Source of the DNA: Kiritimatiellia bacterium
GTDB lineage: Bacteria > Verrucomicrobiota > Kiritimatiellia > UBA8416 > JADHWI01
Direction of reading: 5' to 3'
NCBI GenBank assembly: GCA_016783565.1
Contig: JADHWI010000003.1
Location: forward strand, 9,926-73,925
Length of the DNA stretch: 64,000 bases
Part shown: piece after piece, positions 38,634 through 46,883 of the stretch
Numbering within the stretch: position 1 is the first letter of the stretch
Layout: every line of letters starts with the position of its first letter
Made by a program: the position numbers and the translations under genes
The notes under the pieces: generated by a model
The model's input: the letters and a program-made list of their open reading frames with translations, nothing else
Told to the model about the DNA's origin: nothing
The model's database searches: none

Positions 38634-40851
38634 GCAGGGAGTCCCAGTGCCCGGAGTCGAATATCCAACGCGTTACAAACTGGAACTGAATCGCAGCTGG
38701 CGATTTGTGCGTGGCGAAGCAGCCCCGGCCCTGTTCGCAAATGAAAATCCGGACATAACAACCGTCTCGCTTCCCCACTGCTGGAACAACCGTGACACGT
38801 TTCAACCGGGTGTAACCTACTACCGCGGCAAGGGAACCTATCAGCTCCAATTCCAGGTGCCGGACGATGCCCCCTTCGTCGAACCCGGCCAATGGATACT
38901 GCAGATAGACGGGTTCTACGGAAAAAGCACGCTGCAACTTAACGACCAACCACTTGGAACCCAAGATGGACAATATCTCGGCTTCGAAGTGGACATCACA
39001 TCCTATCTACACCAACTGCAACGTAACACGCTCACACTCGTTCTGGACAACCGACACCGGCGCGACACGCTCCCCGGAATCAAAAAACCAGACTTCCTGC
39101 TTTTTGGCGGACTCTCTGGTTCCGCACATCTGGTTAAGCGACCACGATTATTTCTGAATGCTCGCGACATCCGTATTGATACATGGCAACGCGAACAAGA
39201 TGCATGGCACTTGAGAACCACGTTTGCCGTCTCTTCCGTCGTACCCGTCACACGTTGTGAGGTCCATTGGACCTTGAATACGCCAGACGGCGAAACTCTC
39301 GGATCATCAATCTCCCGAAACGTAGAGATCAACAGCAGCGGCGAAAGTAACATACTAACAGCGGCCATGGATCTAACCGGCATTCAATGCTGGGACATTG
39401 ATGACCCCGTACTCTATTCCCTGCATGCGCGGATCATTCAACACGGAAACACCATCGATGAAGTCATTTTTCGCATAGGCTTTCGTACCGCAGAATTCTT
39501 GCACGACGAAGGTTTGTTCCTCAACGGGCGTCGTGTCGAGTTGCGAGGTTGCAACCGACATGAAAGCATGCCGGGTTTTGGGCGTGCACTACCCACCGTA
39601 TTGCAACGCGAAGACGCGATACGCATCAAAGAGATGGGGCTCAATTTTGTTCGGCTCTCCCACTACCCGCAACATCCCGAGTTTCTGGATGCCTGCGACG
39701 AGCTGGGACTCCTTGTCTATGCCGAGATCGCCACATGGCGAAGTGTCCGCGGATATGGAAAATGGCTGCGGGCGGCATGCCGACAAACAGAAGCACTGGT
39801 GCGACGAGATCGCCACCGTCCCTGCATATTGATCTGGGGCATGGGCACCGAGTCCCGCTCACGTCGTGCCTATACACGACTTCGGAAAACAATCCAGATG
39901 CTCGACTCCCATCGCCCGATTACTTACGCCGAAAATCACTTCCGTCGCGCACAATGCAAACGCACGACGAAGCAAGTGGAGGTCTGGGCGCTAAACGACA
40001 ATATGGATGCACTCCAAGATGCGATGCAATCCAGCCGCCTGCGAAACGTGATTGTGTCCGAATGCGCAAAAAGCCCCGATGCAAAGCGCGGCAGCCTGGA
40101 ACACGAAGTCAAACAAGTGCACACGATCATAAGCGACTTGCGTCGCGCATTGCAGGAACCCTTCGTAGCCGGATTTGCCCTGTGGTGCCTGAATGATTAC
40201 GCCACGCTATACAAAAAGCACTATCAATGCCACTCCGGCGTGCTTGATGCCTGGCGCCAAAATAAGATGGCAGCAGATTTCATCAGGGCACGTTACACCA
40301 CAGAGCCATTTATCCGATTATACGCTGATTGGGAAATCAAGGCCCATGGAGATGACCGTGATGTATACATCTGCACCAACTGCAGCCAAGTGATATTGCG
40401 AATAGATCATCAGCAGATTATGCAGACCGCAGGCTCCCCTTTTCTGCGACTGCGCATTCCCTTCTCGGAATCCACACTGATTGCCGAAGGAAGTAACGGC
40501 GGCACCGTCGTCCGCGACACCTGTGCACCTTGGCGCAATGCATATGAAATCCGGCTGCAAACCTCAACCACGCCTGCATCAGACTGGTTGGACTGCCTGG
40601 CCCGAGTGGTAGATGGCGATGGACATCCAGTCCAGTCATGGAACGGTGATCTGATTGCCTCCCTACAAGGCATTGGCGAACTTTACAGCTATACGCACGA
40701 CAATCGCATCCTGATTACGCGAGGCAGCGGTCGCTTTTTTGCACGCATACCCGTCGGTGAATCCGCCAAAATCACGGCCACCGCCAAAGGACTCATGCCT
40801 GGCACCCTAACAACAAACACAAACGCCGACGAAGAAGTGAGAACAGAATAA
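38617..40851 (+). CDS. glycoside hydrolase family 2 protein (no signal peptide)
   Basis: Motifs: RSWRFVRGE, NRHESMPGFG, NFVRLSHYP, ILIWGMGTES. The start overlaps the rmuC 3' end by 17 nt. Confidence 0.75.
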   Translation: MIVPPEQGVPVPGVEYPTRYKLELNRSWRFVRGEAAPALFANENPDITTVSLPHCWNNRDTFQPGVTYYRGKGTYQLQFQVPDDAPFVEPGQWILQIDGFYGKSTLQLNDQPLGTQDGQYLGFEVDITSYLHQLQRNTLTLVLDNRHRRDTLPGIKKPDFLLFGGLSGSAHLVKRPRLFLNARDIRIDTWQREQDAWHLRTTFAVSSVVPVTRCEVHWTLNTPDGETLGSSISRNVEINSSGESNILTAAMDLTGIQCWDIDDPVLYSLHARIIQHGNTIDEVIFRIGFRTAEFLHDEGLFLNGRRVELRGCNRHESMPGFGRALPTVLQREDAIRIKEMGLNFVRLSHYPQHPEFLDACDELGLLVYAEIATWRSVRGYGKWLRAACRQTEALVRRDRHRPCILIWGMGTESRSRRAYTRLRKTIQMLDSHRPITYAENHFRRAQCKRTTKQVEVWALNDNMDALQDAMQSSRLRNVIVSECAKSPDAKRGSLEHEVKQVHTIISDLRRALQEPFVAGFALWCLNDYATLYKKHYQCHSGVLDAWRQNKMAADFIRARYTTEPFIRLYADWEIKAHGDDRDVYICTNCSQVILRIDHQQIMQTAGSPFLRLRIPFSESTLIAEGSNGGTVVRDTCAPWRNAYEIRLQTSTTPASDWLDCLARVVDGDGHPVQSWNGDLIASLQGIGELYSYTHDNRILITRGSGRFFARIPVGESAKITATAKGLMPGTLTTNTNADEEVRTE

Positions 40852-41565
40852 ATGACGTCAGAAATGGAACGCGAAGTGCTGGTCAGTCGCTGGCGAAAGA
40901 ATGTCTACCGCGAAGTGGCACGAGAGGGAGACCGCATCATTAAACGGTACCGAATCCCACCCCACATCAAACGGTACACCAAACCGTGGAAATGCGAACA
41001 CCCTGCCTTGGTGCAACTGGCAGCGCTGGGCTTCCCAAAAAGCTATGGTTATAAGACAATTCAAACCGCAGAAGGCATTGAGATCGTGCATACCCGGGAC
41101 TATATTCCCGGCACACCCATTGAAACATACGGCGAACAGGAAGCCAGAGACATGGGAGTTCTACTTGCACGAATTCATTCGGGACTCGTGGTGACCGATG
41201 ATGCACAAGGACACAACTTCATACGAAATGAATCCGGGGACATGCAATTCATCGACTTCGGGAAGGCACGCATTTTCACACATCACTCGCCCCGCTTCTT
41301 TCTCCGTGTCGGACATGAGCTTTTCGACGCAAAGCGTATGCCCTTCTCAAACAATCGAAAGCTTGGCAGGCAACTGATAGACGCCTATATGTCAGCCACG
41401 TCATTATCGCCAATCACTCGCAATATGGTACAGATTGGCATAACCTCGGCTGCCTTTACACGCTGGTTCAAAAACACACTCCATCTACGCACCATCAAGC
41501 ATGCGCTGCGACGTATCGGCAGCAGGCAGGGAGCAGCACGATCATCCAATCCTCAGAAAACATAA
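40852..41565 (+). CDS. small protein-kinase-like fold protein (Kdo/WaaP/RIO/Bud32-like)
   Basis: A Lys-containing strand (DRIIKRY), a catalytic-loop-like DDAQGHNF (D-x4-N) and a DFG motif (FIDFGKA) are present. The ATG immediately follows the GH2 TAA. Confidence 0.55.
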   Translation: MTSEMEREVLVSRWRKNVYREVAREGDRIIKRYRIPPHIKRYTKPWKCEHPALVQLAALGFPKSYGYKTIQTAEGIEIVHTRDYIPGTPIETYGEQEARDMGVLLARIHSGLVVTDDAQGHNFIRNESGDMQFIDFGKARIFTHHSPRFFLRVGHELFDAKRMPFSNNRKLGRQLIDAYMSATSLSPITRNMVQIGITSAAFTRWFKNTLHLRTIKHALRRIGSRQGAARSSNPQKT

Positions 41566-41568
41566 TGA

Positions 41569-42198
41569 TCAGGGCAACTTTTTAAAAGAACAGCAACCAA
41601 TAGGCAAACCCTTAGTCGTGAACAGAATCTCAAATTCCGTTCGCTCTTCATCCGAAGGTTCAAACGTTTCGACCTGCTGAAGATCATCACGCGCCGACAG
41701 AAGTGCCAATGCCGTTTCATAATAATCAAGATGATCCGTCCGTAAATGAATATTGCCCCCCGCACGCAACGCCCGAAGCAAATTATCAATAAACGTTTCT
41801 TGAAGAAGACGATGCGATTGGTGACGCCGTTTGGGCCAGGGGTCCGGAAAAAAGATGTAGAACGTGTCAACCGATTGAGGCGGCAAAAGATAACGAATGG
41901 AGTAATCCGCTTCCAAACGTAAAAGCCGGGCATTCGTAATGCCTGCCCGGCGAAGTTTACCATCCACCTTCCTCACACGCACCAGTTGCCGCTCAATACC
42001 AAGAAAGTTGTGATCAGGGAACTGCGCGGCACGCGCAATAAGAAAACGACCTTTACCACAACCCACATCCACTTCCAACGGAGCATCCCGACCAAACAAT
42101 GTTGAGAGAGGAAGAGGATCCAACCAGTTATCCGACGTACAGACAAACGAAACGTCTGGGTTTGTTTCTTCAGAACGAATTCTATCTCGCGGAACCAC
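41569..42198 (-). CDS. trmB: tRNA (guanine-N7)-methyltransferase
   Basis: The SAM motif is VDVGCGKGRF and the hallmark is FFPDPWPKRRH. Confidence 0.9.
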   Translation of the reverse strand: MVPRDRIRSEETNPDVSFVCTSDNWLDPLPLSTLFGRDAPLEVDVGCGKGRFLIARAAQFPDHNFLGIERQLVRVRKVDGKLRRAGITNARLLRLEADYSIRYLLPPQSVDTFYIFFPDPWPKRRHQSHRLLQETFIDNLLRALRAGGNIHLRTDHLDYYETALALLSARDDLQQVETFEPSDEERTEFEILFTTKGLPIGCCSFKKLP

Positions 42199-42549
42199 TT
42201 AAACCCCGAAAAGCTTGAACAAGAGTGACCCACTGGAAGCTCGATCTATGGCACGCTCAACGTATTCCACCACAGAAACTCTGAAACCGTGTGCGCCTTG
42301 TGACGGCCGAAATTTCTTCGTCGCTTTGGCAACTCCTTGCCGCCCTGCTTCAATGAGCAACGATTCATCTATACCATTCGTGCCACGCTTGGTAGCCACG
42401 TCCTGAATGACCGGTAAAAACATTTTGGCCAATCGCTCTTTAGCGGACCAGTCTCCACTCCTGGCCATGAGAATCAGCCTCTCAAGCTCTCTATCTTGTG
42501 CCGCGCCGGCGGTCACAGTTGACCCCTGATTTAAATCCAATGCGATCTT
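42199..42549 (-). CDS. stand-alone sigma-70 region-2-like mini-protein
   Basis: 116 aa. AKERLAKMFLPVIQDVATKR...SLLIEAGRQGVAKATKKFRPSQGAHGFRVSVVEYVERAIDRA parallels sigma-70 regions 2.1-2.3 (AK.RLVE.NLRLV..IAKKY...DLIQEGNIGLMKAVDKFD...G.KFSTYATWWIRQAI.RA). Regions 3 and 4 are absent. The stop abuts the trmB start. Confidence 0.5.
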   Translation of the reverse strand, partial: KIALDLNQGSTVTAGAAQDRELERLILMARSGDWSAKERLAKMFLPVIQDVATKRGTNGIDESLLIEAGRQGVAKATKKFRPSQGAHGFRVSVVEYVERAIDRASSGSLLFKLFGV

Positions 42550-42643
42550 CATAAAAATCCCGTTCAAATACCCATTCTAAAAAACAAACTCTCTCAACAA
42601 TGTGTGGAAAATGTGTCATAACCAGAACCGCATGTCGATCTTT

Positions 42644-44233
42644 CTAAAACGTGCAAAGACCCGTGGATTCCTGCAGGCGATAGATCCAGGTCTTGCGAAA
42701 TAAGGTCCATCCCGTTTCGGCAAACTGCTCATACGGTGCAGTACAATCAAAGCCTCCCGAATTATTCCACAATTCATCGAAATATACATTATATTGCGTC
42801 ACTACTTTCTGAGCCCCTGCAAGATAGATATTACCCTCCATATTCAGATCGCCCACATTGCGGCGTGTCCAATTGGCCGAACCGCAAATAAATGCATCAG
42901 CTCCTTCGCCAACACCAGCAACGCTCATAGCCTTGGTATGGAACTGTTCCCCATGCGTCACAGCCCATCGCACCACCAGATCTACCTCATGTTTCGATGC
43001 GAATGACATCAGCTCAGAGCCAACAGGGCGGTTGGGAATTCCATTTTTAATTCGACCGAAGGCATCCCTATTAAGATCCAGTATCAGTCTTACGCGAGCC
43101 CCACCACGAGCCGCATTCTTAATGGCCTGAATACTATCACGATCAGACAGGTAAAACATTGCAATACGTATTTCATCCCCTTCTCCTGCCTCACCAAGCG
43201 TAGTCAACACACGGTCACGTATGGCACCTTCCGTCAACCACTCTGCAACGGGCAAAATCTCCCCATCCGCAGACGTACCTTCAGACACATCCAATGCCGC
43301 ACGCACCTTCGCTGCAGTCATCCGATACTGCCCCTTCTCAATCTCCAGAACACAACCGGGATTCTCAGCAGACCACTCCATGACCCTGAGCTCCTCTTCG
43401 GCAATAGTCATTGCCATATCTCCAGTTATGCTCAACCCCATATTCGAATGCGCAGAACTCCCATCCGCCGGATTAAAACTACTCACTATAGCACGCCACT
43501 CCCCGTCCTCTCCGTCCGTCACGAGGACCTTCCGATGATTCGCCTTAAAGAAAAACAAACGCGCAAACTGGGCCATTCCGACATCCTGCTGCGTTGCATC
43601 CAAAGGATGGGGAAATCTTCTGAATTCAGACTCCCGACAAAACCAGGGCCAACGACTCAATAACCGCCCAAAAGTTCGGGCCGGAATAGCATAAAGGGGG
43701 TTTGATTCATGCAACCGGGTCAGGTCCGTAAAAACAATGGGGATGTCGGCCTGCAACATGGCCTGGAAAAACGCCTCTTCATCACGACCATACATCCGGT
43801 TGATTGGATCAGTAAGCACAAGTATGTTTATGTCCGGATGAACACGTTTTCGCTCAATTAACGCCTCCGCCAACTCAGTCGACAAAGCTCGGTGCTCTTC
43901 ACGTGCTTTGCCCTGCCACCCATTCCAGAGAAAGAAATCAAGAAGAATGCAGGACCGGGCTGATCGAATCTGATCCAATATGGCATCAAAGATTTCCTGC
44001 TGAATCACACGTTCTTCGGTAGACGGATCAAACCGCGTCGAATCAATCAGCAACTTAGCGCCGGTTGCATTCATCGCCACCGGACGATTCAAGCGTATGC
44101 CTGGTGGCAAAACACGCTTGCGGTATATCAGGAATGGCCCGAAAACCAGTAAAACGATCAACGCGGTGAACAGAAATCTGACCAGACACAACATGGGATA
44201 CGTCCGCTTCTTCTTTGCACTTTTGTCCGTCAT
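42644..44233 (-). CDS. phospholipase D / cardiolipin-synthase-like protein, membrane anchored
   Basis: An N-terminal TM (MLCLVRFLFTALIVLLVFGPFLIY) is present. The first HKD motif is HRKVLVTD...SSFNP and the second is HTKAMSV...GSANWTRRN. Confidence 0.8.
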   Translation of the reverse strand: MTDKSAKKKRTYPMLCLVRFLFTALIVLLVFGPFLIYRKRVLPPGIRLNRPVAMNATGAKLLIDSTRFDPSTEERVIQQEIFDAILDQIRSARSCILLDFFLWNGWQGKAREEHRALSTELAEALIERKRVHPDINILVLTDPINRMYGRDEEAFFQAMLQADIPIVFTDLTRLHESNPLYAIPARTFGRLLSRWPWFCRESEFRRFPHPLDATQQDVGMAQFARLFFFKANHRKVLVTDGEDGEWRAIVSSFNPADGSSAHSNMGLSITGDMAMTIAEEELRVMEWSAENPGCVLEIEKGQYRMTAAKVRAALDVSEGTSADGEILPVAEWLTEGAIRDRVLTTLGEAGEGDEIRIAMFYLSDRDSIQAIKNAARGGARVRLILDLNRDAFGRIKNGIPNRPVGSELMSFASKHEVDLVVRWAVTHGEQFHTKAMSVAGVGEGADAFICGSANWTRRNVGDLNMEGNIYLAGAQKVVTQYNVYFDELWNNSGGFDCTAPYEQFAETGWTLFRKTWIYRLQESTGLCTF

Positions 44234-44335
44234 GGTTTCACCTTCTTTTTATTAGGGCCTGAAGCCTTAACGAACAAGAGGAAATCATGCGATGCAATAA
44301 AAATGCCATCTCCAACATATTTAATAGTTCGAATA

Positions 44336-44363
44336 TTGACATATATAGATCATATAGTACTAT
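44336..44363 (+). promoter_or_regulatory. sigma-70-type promoter of the arsR-cytochrome cluster
   Basis: TTGACA (44336-44341), a 16-nt spacer and TACTAT (44358-44363). The spacer holds a direct repeat ATATAG-atc-ATATAG, a possible operator. The predicted TSS lies only about 3 nt before the arsR ATG, and there is no SD. Confidence 0.35.
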
Positions 44364-44372
44364 CATCGCAAT

Positions 44373-44723
44373 ATGTCGTCATCAATCAACGAGAAAAGAA
44401 TACCATTCAACTTTATGTCACGCATGGCAGATGCTTTAAGCGTACTGGCAAATCCGTACCGCCTAAGCATTATTGAGCATCTGGACCTATGCGGCGAAGC
44501 ATCTGTCACACACATACAAAATCACACAGGAATTGCACAGGCGACATTATCCAACCATTTGTCTGTGATGCGACGTGCCGGCTTCGTAGAGCGCACAAAG
44601 AAAGGCCGATACACCCACTACCACATCGCCAATCCAAATGCTCTGGTCATTTTGAACTGCATACGCAAAAACCTAAAAGCCATGCAGGGAAGCACCACCA
44701 ATCTCTCAGACTGCAACTCATAA
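44373..44723 (+). CDS. ArsR/SmtB-family transcriptional regulator
   Basis: The winged helix LANPYRLSIIEHLDLCGEASVTHIQNHTGIAQATLSNHLSVMRRAGFVERTKKGRYTHYHI marks the family. It lacks the ELCVCDL As(III) site. Confidence 0.85.
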   Translation: MSSSINEKRIPFNFMSRMADALSVLANPYRLSIIEHLDLCGEASVTHIQNHTGIAQATLSNHLSVMRRAGFVERTKKGRYTHYHIANPNALVILNCIRKNLKAMQGSTTNLSDCNS

Positions 44724-44741
44724 CACGGAGGAGGTATCGCT

Positions 44742-45089
44742 ATGCGCCTGTTCACACTCACGATCATCACTGCATGTATCATGGGGCTGTCCATCACATC
44801 CAGCCTGGCCGAAAAAAAACAGGGGGCAAAAGAACTGTACAAGCAGAACTGCAAAATCTGTCATGACAAAAAGTCACCCAGCGGTGAGTATACGCCCATG
44901 ACCTTGATCATGGACCAGTGGGAGCGCTTCTTTGAAAAGAAATACGAAAAATCCCACAAAGACGTGAAACACCCGGTACAGAAAGATAAAGCCGTCATCG
45001 AAGTGATCACAAAAGACATGCTGAAAAAGATCAAGAAATTCTGCATTGATCACGCTGCCGATTCTGAACAGCCAATGACGTGTGGCTGA
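44742..45089 (+). CDS. exported monoheme c-type cytochrome
   Basis: RBS GGAGGAGG. The signal peptide is MRLFTLTIITACIMGLSITSSLA. There is a single CKICH motif and a candidate Met ligand in TPMTL. Confidence 0.7.
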   Translation: MRLFTLTIITACIMGLSITSSLAEKKQGAKELYKQNCKICHDKKSPSGEYTPMTLIMDQWERFFEKKYEKSHKDVKHPVQKDKAVIEVITKDMLKKIKKFCIDHAADSEQPMTCG

Positions 45090-45172
45090 TAAAAAAATAA
45101 TACGAGAAGATCTGGCAGGCGGATACGTCACCGTTACATGCCAATAATCAACCAATACAGGGAGACATCAAT

Positions 45173-46819
45173 ATGTTGAACTCAAAAACAAAAGTGATCT
45201 ACGTAGCACTCTTCGTCGCCGCAACCCTTGCATGGGCCGGCCAAGTGATCGCTCAGAACGATCTGGCGTCACTCAAAGAATCAATGGAAGAACTAGAAGA
45301 ACGACTCATGTCAGTCGAACGACATTCAGCCATTGACCGCTTGAATATCAATGGTGACTTCCGGTTTGAGGCGCATTCCATTGATGCCTCAATCCCGAGT
45401 CACTTCAACGGAATGGCACTGCAAAATAGCTTGTTCAACACGCTCTTCTTCTACCAGGGCACGGGGCGTTTCCCGATGGGTGGAGCAGAAGTAGGTAATT
45501 TCGTGAACAGCAACTTCGGTGACTACCTGGCATTCCAGAACAACATGACGTTTGAGCAGCTCAAACAAGCCGTTCAACAAATGCCGCCAGAACAGCGGCA
45601 ACAATTGTTCTCAATGTTAATGCCGGGCGCCTACACCAAAGGCTACGACGCAGACAACGACATTTCCTACACGAGTCGACTACGTTTAAACATGAAGGCT
45701 GACGTAGCCGATAACATCACTTTTTCAGGTCGTTTGGGCATGTACAAATCGTGGGGAGATTCAACAGGCGTTCAAGTCTTTAACGGCCAACCCACATCGA
45801 TCAACACAGACGGAACAACCGTTGGTGTGCCAAACTCAGATATACTGCGCGTTGAACGCGCCTATTTCACATGGACAGATCTGTTTGATTCGCCAGCCTA
45901 TCTGTCGATTGGTCGACGCCCCTCAACTGGCGGAGCCCCGATGCACCTGCGTAAAGATGACATGCGTGGCGGCAGCCCGCTGGGTTCTCTTATCGACTAC
46001 CAATTCGACGGTATTACGGTAGGTTACCATCTCTCCGATCAATCTACTGTCCGCCTCTGCTATGGTATGGGCTACGACTCAGGCTTTGGCCAAGACGATG
46101 AACTGCATGCGGAAAACGATCTCAATGATGCACAATTCCTCGGCATTAACTGGGATCTATTCTCAAACGAAAACACCTTGCTACAGACCACCGTGGCACG
46201 AGCTATGGAAGTAACCGATGGCTTCAACGGCCTTGTCGTCATGAACACCGACCCCGTTACCGGAATCACATATGACTACAATTCCGTGATGCGTTACACC
46301 CCGAGTGATAACCTTGGCGACATTGATCTCGCCGGCATTCTGCTGCTTCGCAAAGATGGACCGTTTGATTGGTTTGCCAGCCTGAATTACATGAGATCCG
46401 ATCCGAATGACGTCACCACACCATTTGGTGGCCTCTTCTGCGACCCGTACGAAGTGCCGGACGAAGAAGATGGCTACATGGTCTATGTCGGCGGACGTTA
46501 TACACTACCGAACAACAAGACCAAGATCGGCCTGGAATATAACCACGGATCGGAGTACTGGTTCAACTTCGCACATGCCGAGGATGACATCATAGGCGCC
46601 AAGACAGCGACACGTGGTGACGTCTGGGAAGCCTATGTGGCACACCGCCCCTATAAACGCATGACCGTCAAACTGTCTTACACGCATTACCTCTATGACT
46701 ACTCGGGATCAGGATGGCACGTTGGCGCGCCACAGGATCTGGACGATGATCCCATTCTGGGATATGCCACCTATGACGAAGCCTCTGTCATCACGCTCAG
46801 CATGATGGCTCGCTTCTAA
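45173..46819 (+). CDS. outer-membrane beta-barrel protein with an N-terminal coiled coil (DUF3373-like)
   Basis: The signal peptide is MLNSKTKVIYVALFVAATLAWAGQVIAQ and the coiled coil is LASLKESMEELEERLMSVERH. The sequence then alternates with Tyr/Gly-rich strands, and the C-terminus is ...ITLSMMARF. The family name is from memory only. Confidence 0.6.
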   Translation: MLNSKTKVIYVALFVAATLAWAGQVIAQNDLASLKESMEELEERLMSVERHSAIDRLNINGDFRFEAHSIDASIPSHFNGMALQNSLFNTLFFYQGTGRFPMGGAEVGNFVNSNFGDYLAFQNNMTFEQLKQAVQQMPPEQRQQLFSMLMPGAYTKGYDADNDISYTSRLRLNMKADVADNITFSGRLGMYKSWGDSTGVQVFNGQPTSINTDGTTVGVPNSDILRVERAYFTWTDLFDSPAYLSIGRRPSTGGAPMHLRKDDMRGGSPLGSLIDYQFDGITVGYHLSDQSTVRLCYGMGYDSGFGQDDELHAENDLNDAQFLGINWDLFSNENTLLQTTVARAMEVTDGFNGLVVMNTDPVTGITYDYNSVMRYTPSDNLGDIDLAGILLLRKDGPFDWFASLNYMRSDPNDVTTPFGGLFCDPYEVPDEEDGYMVYVGGRYTLPNNKTKIGLEYNHGSEYWFNFAHAEDDIIGAKTATRGDVWEAYVAHRPYKRMTVKLSYTHYLYDYSGSGWHVGAPQDLDDDPILGYATYDEASVITLSMMARF

Positions 46820-46835
46820 GACATACGCAATTATG

Positions 46836-46870
46836 GCGGGTCGCGGACTCTCCCGCGGCCCGCTTTTTTT
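46836..46870 (+). terminator. strong intrinsic terminator or attenuator between the barrel gene and the octaheme gene
   Basis: GCGGGTCGCGG-actctc-CCGCGGCCCGC forms an 11-bp stem with one G-U pair, followed by TTTTTTT. The RBS CAGGAGAG and the ATG at 46884 come directly after it. Confidence 0.75.
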
Positions 46871-46883
46871 CAGGAGAGATGCC

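Noticed and set aside
46833-46883. Longer start for the octaheme cytochrome with an FFRRD twin-arginine-like motif
   Set aside because: It is not a Tat consensus, and c-type cytochromes use Sec. The segment is the terminator hairpin, and ATG 46884 has a proper SD and signal peptide.
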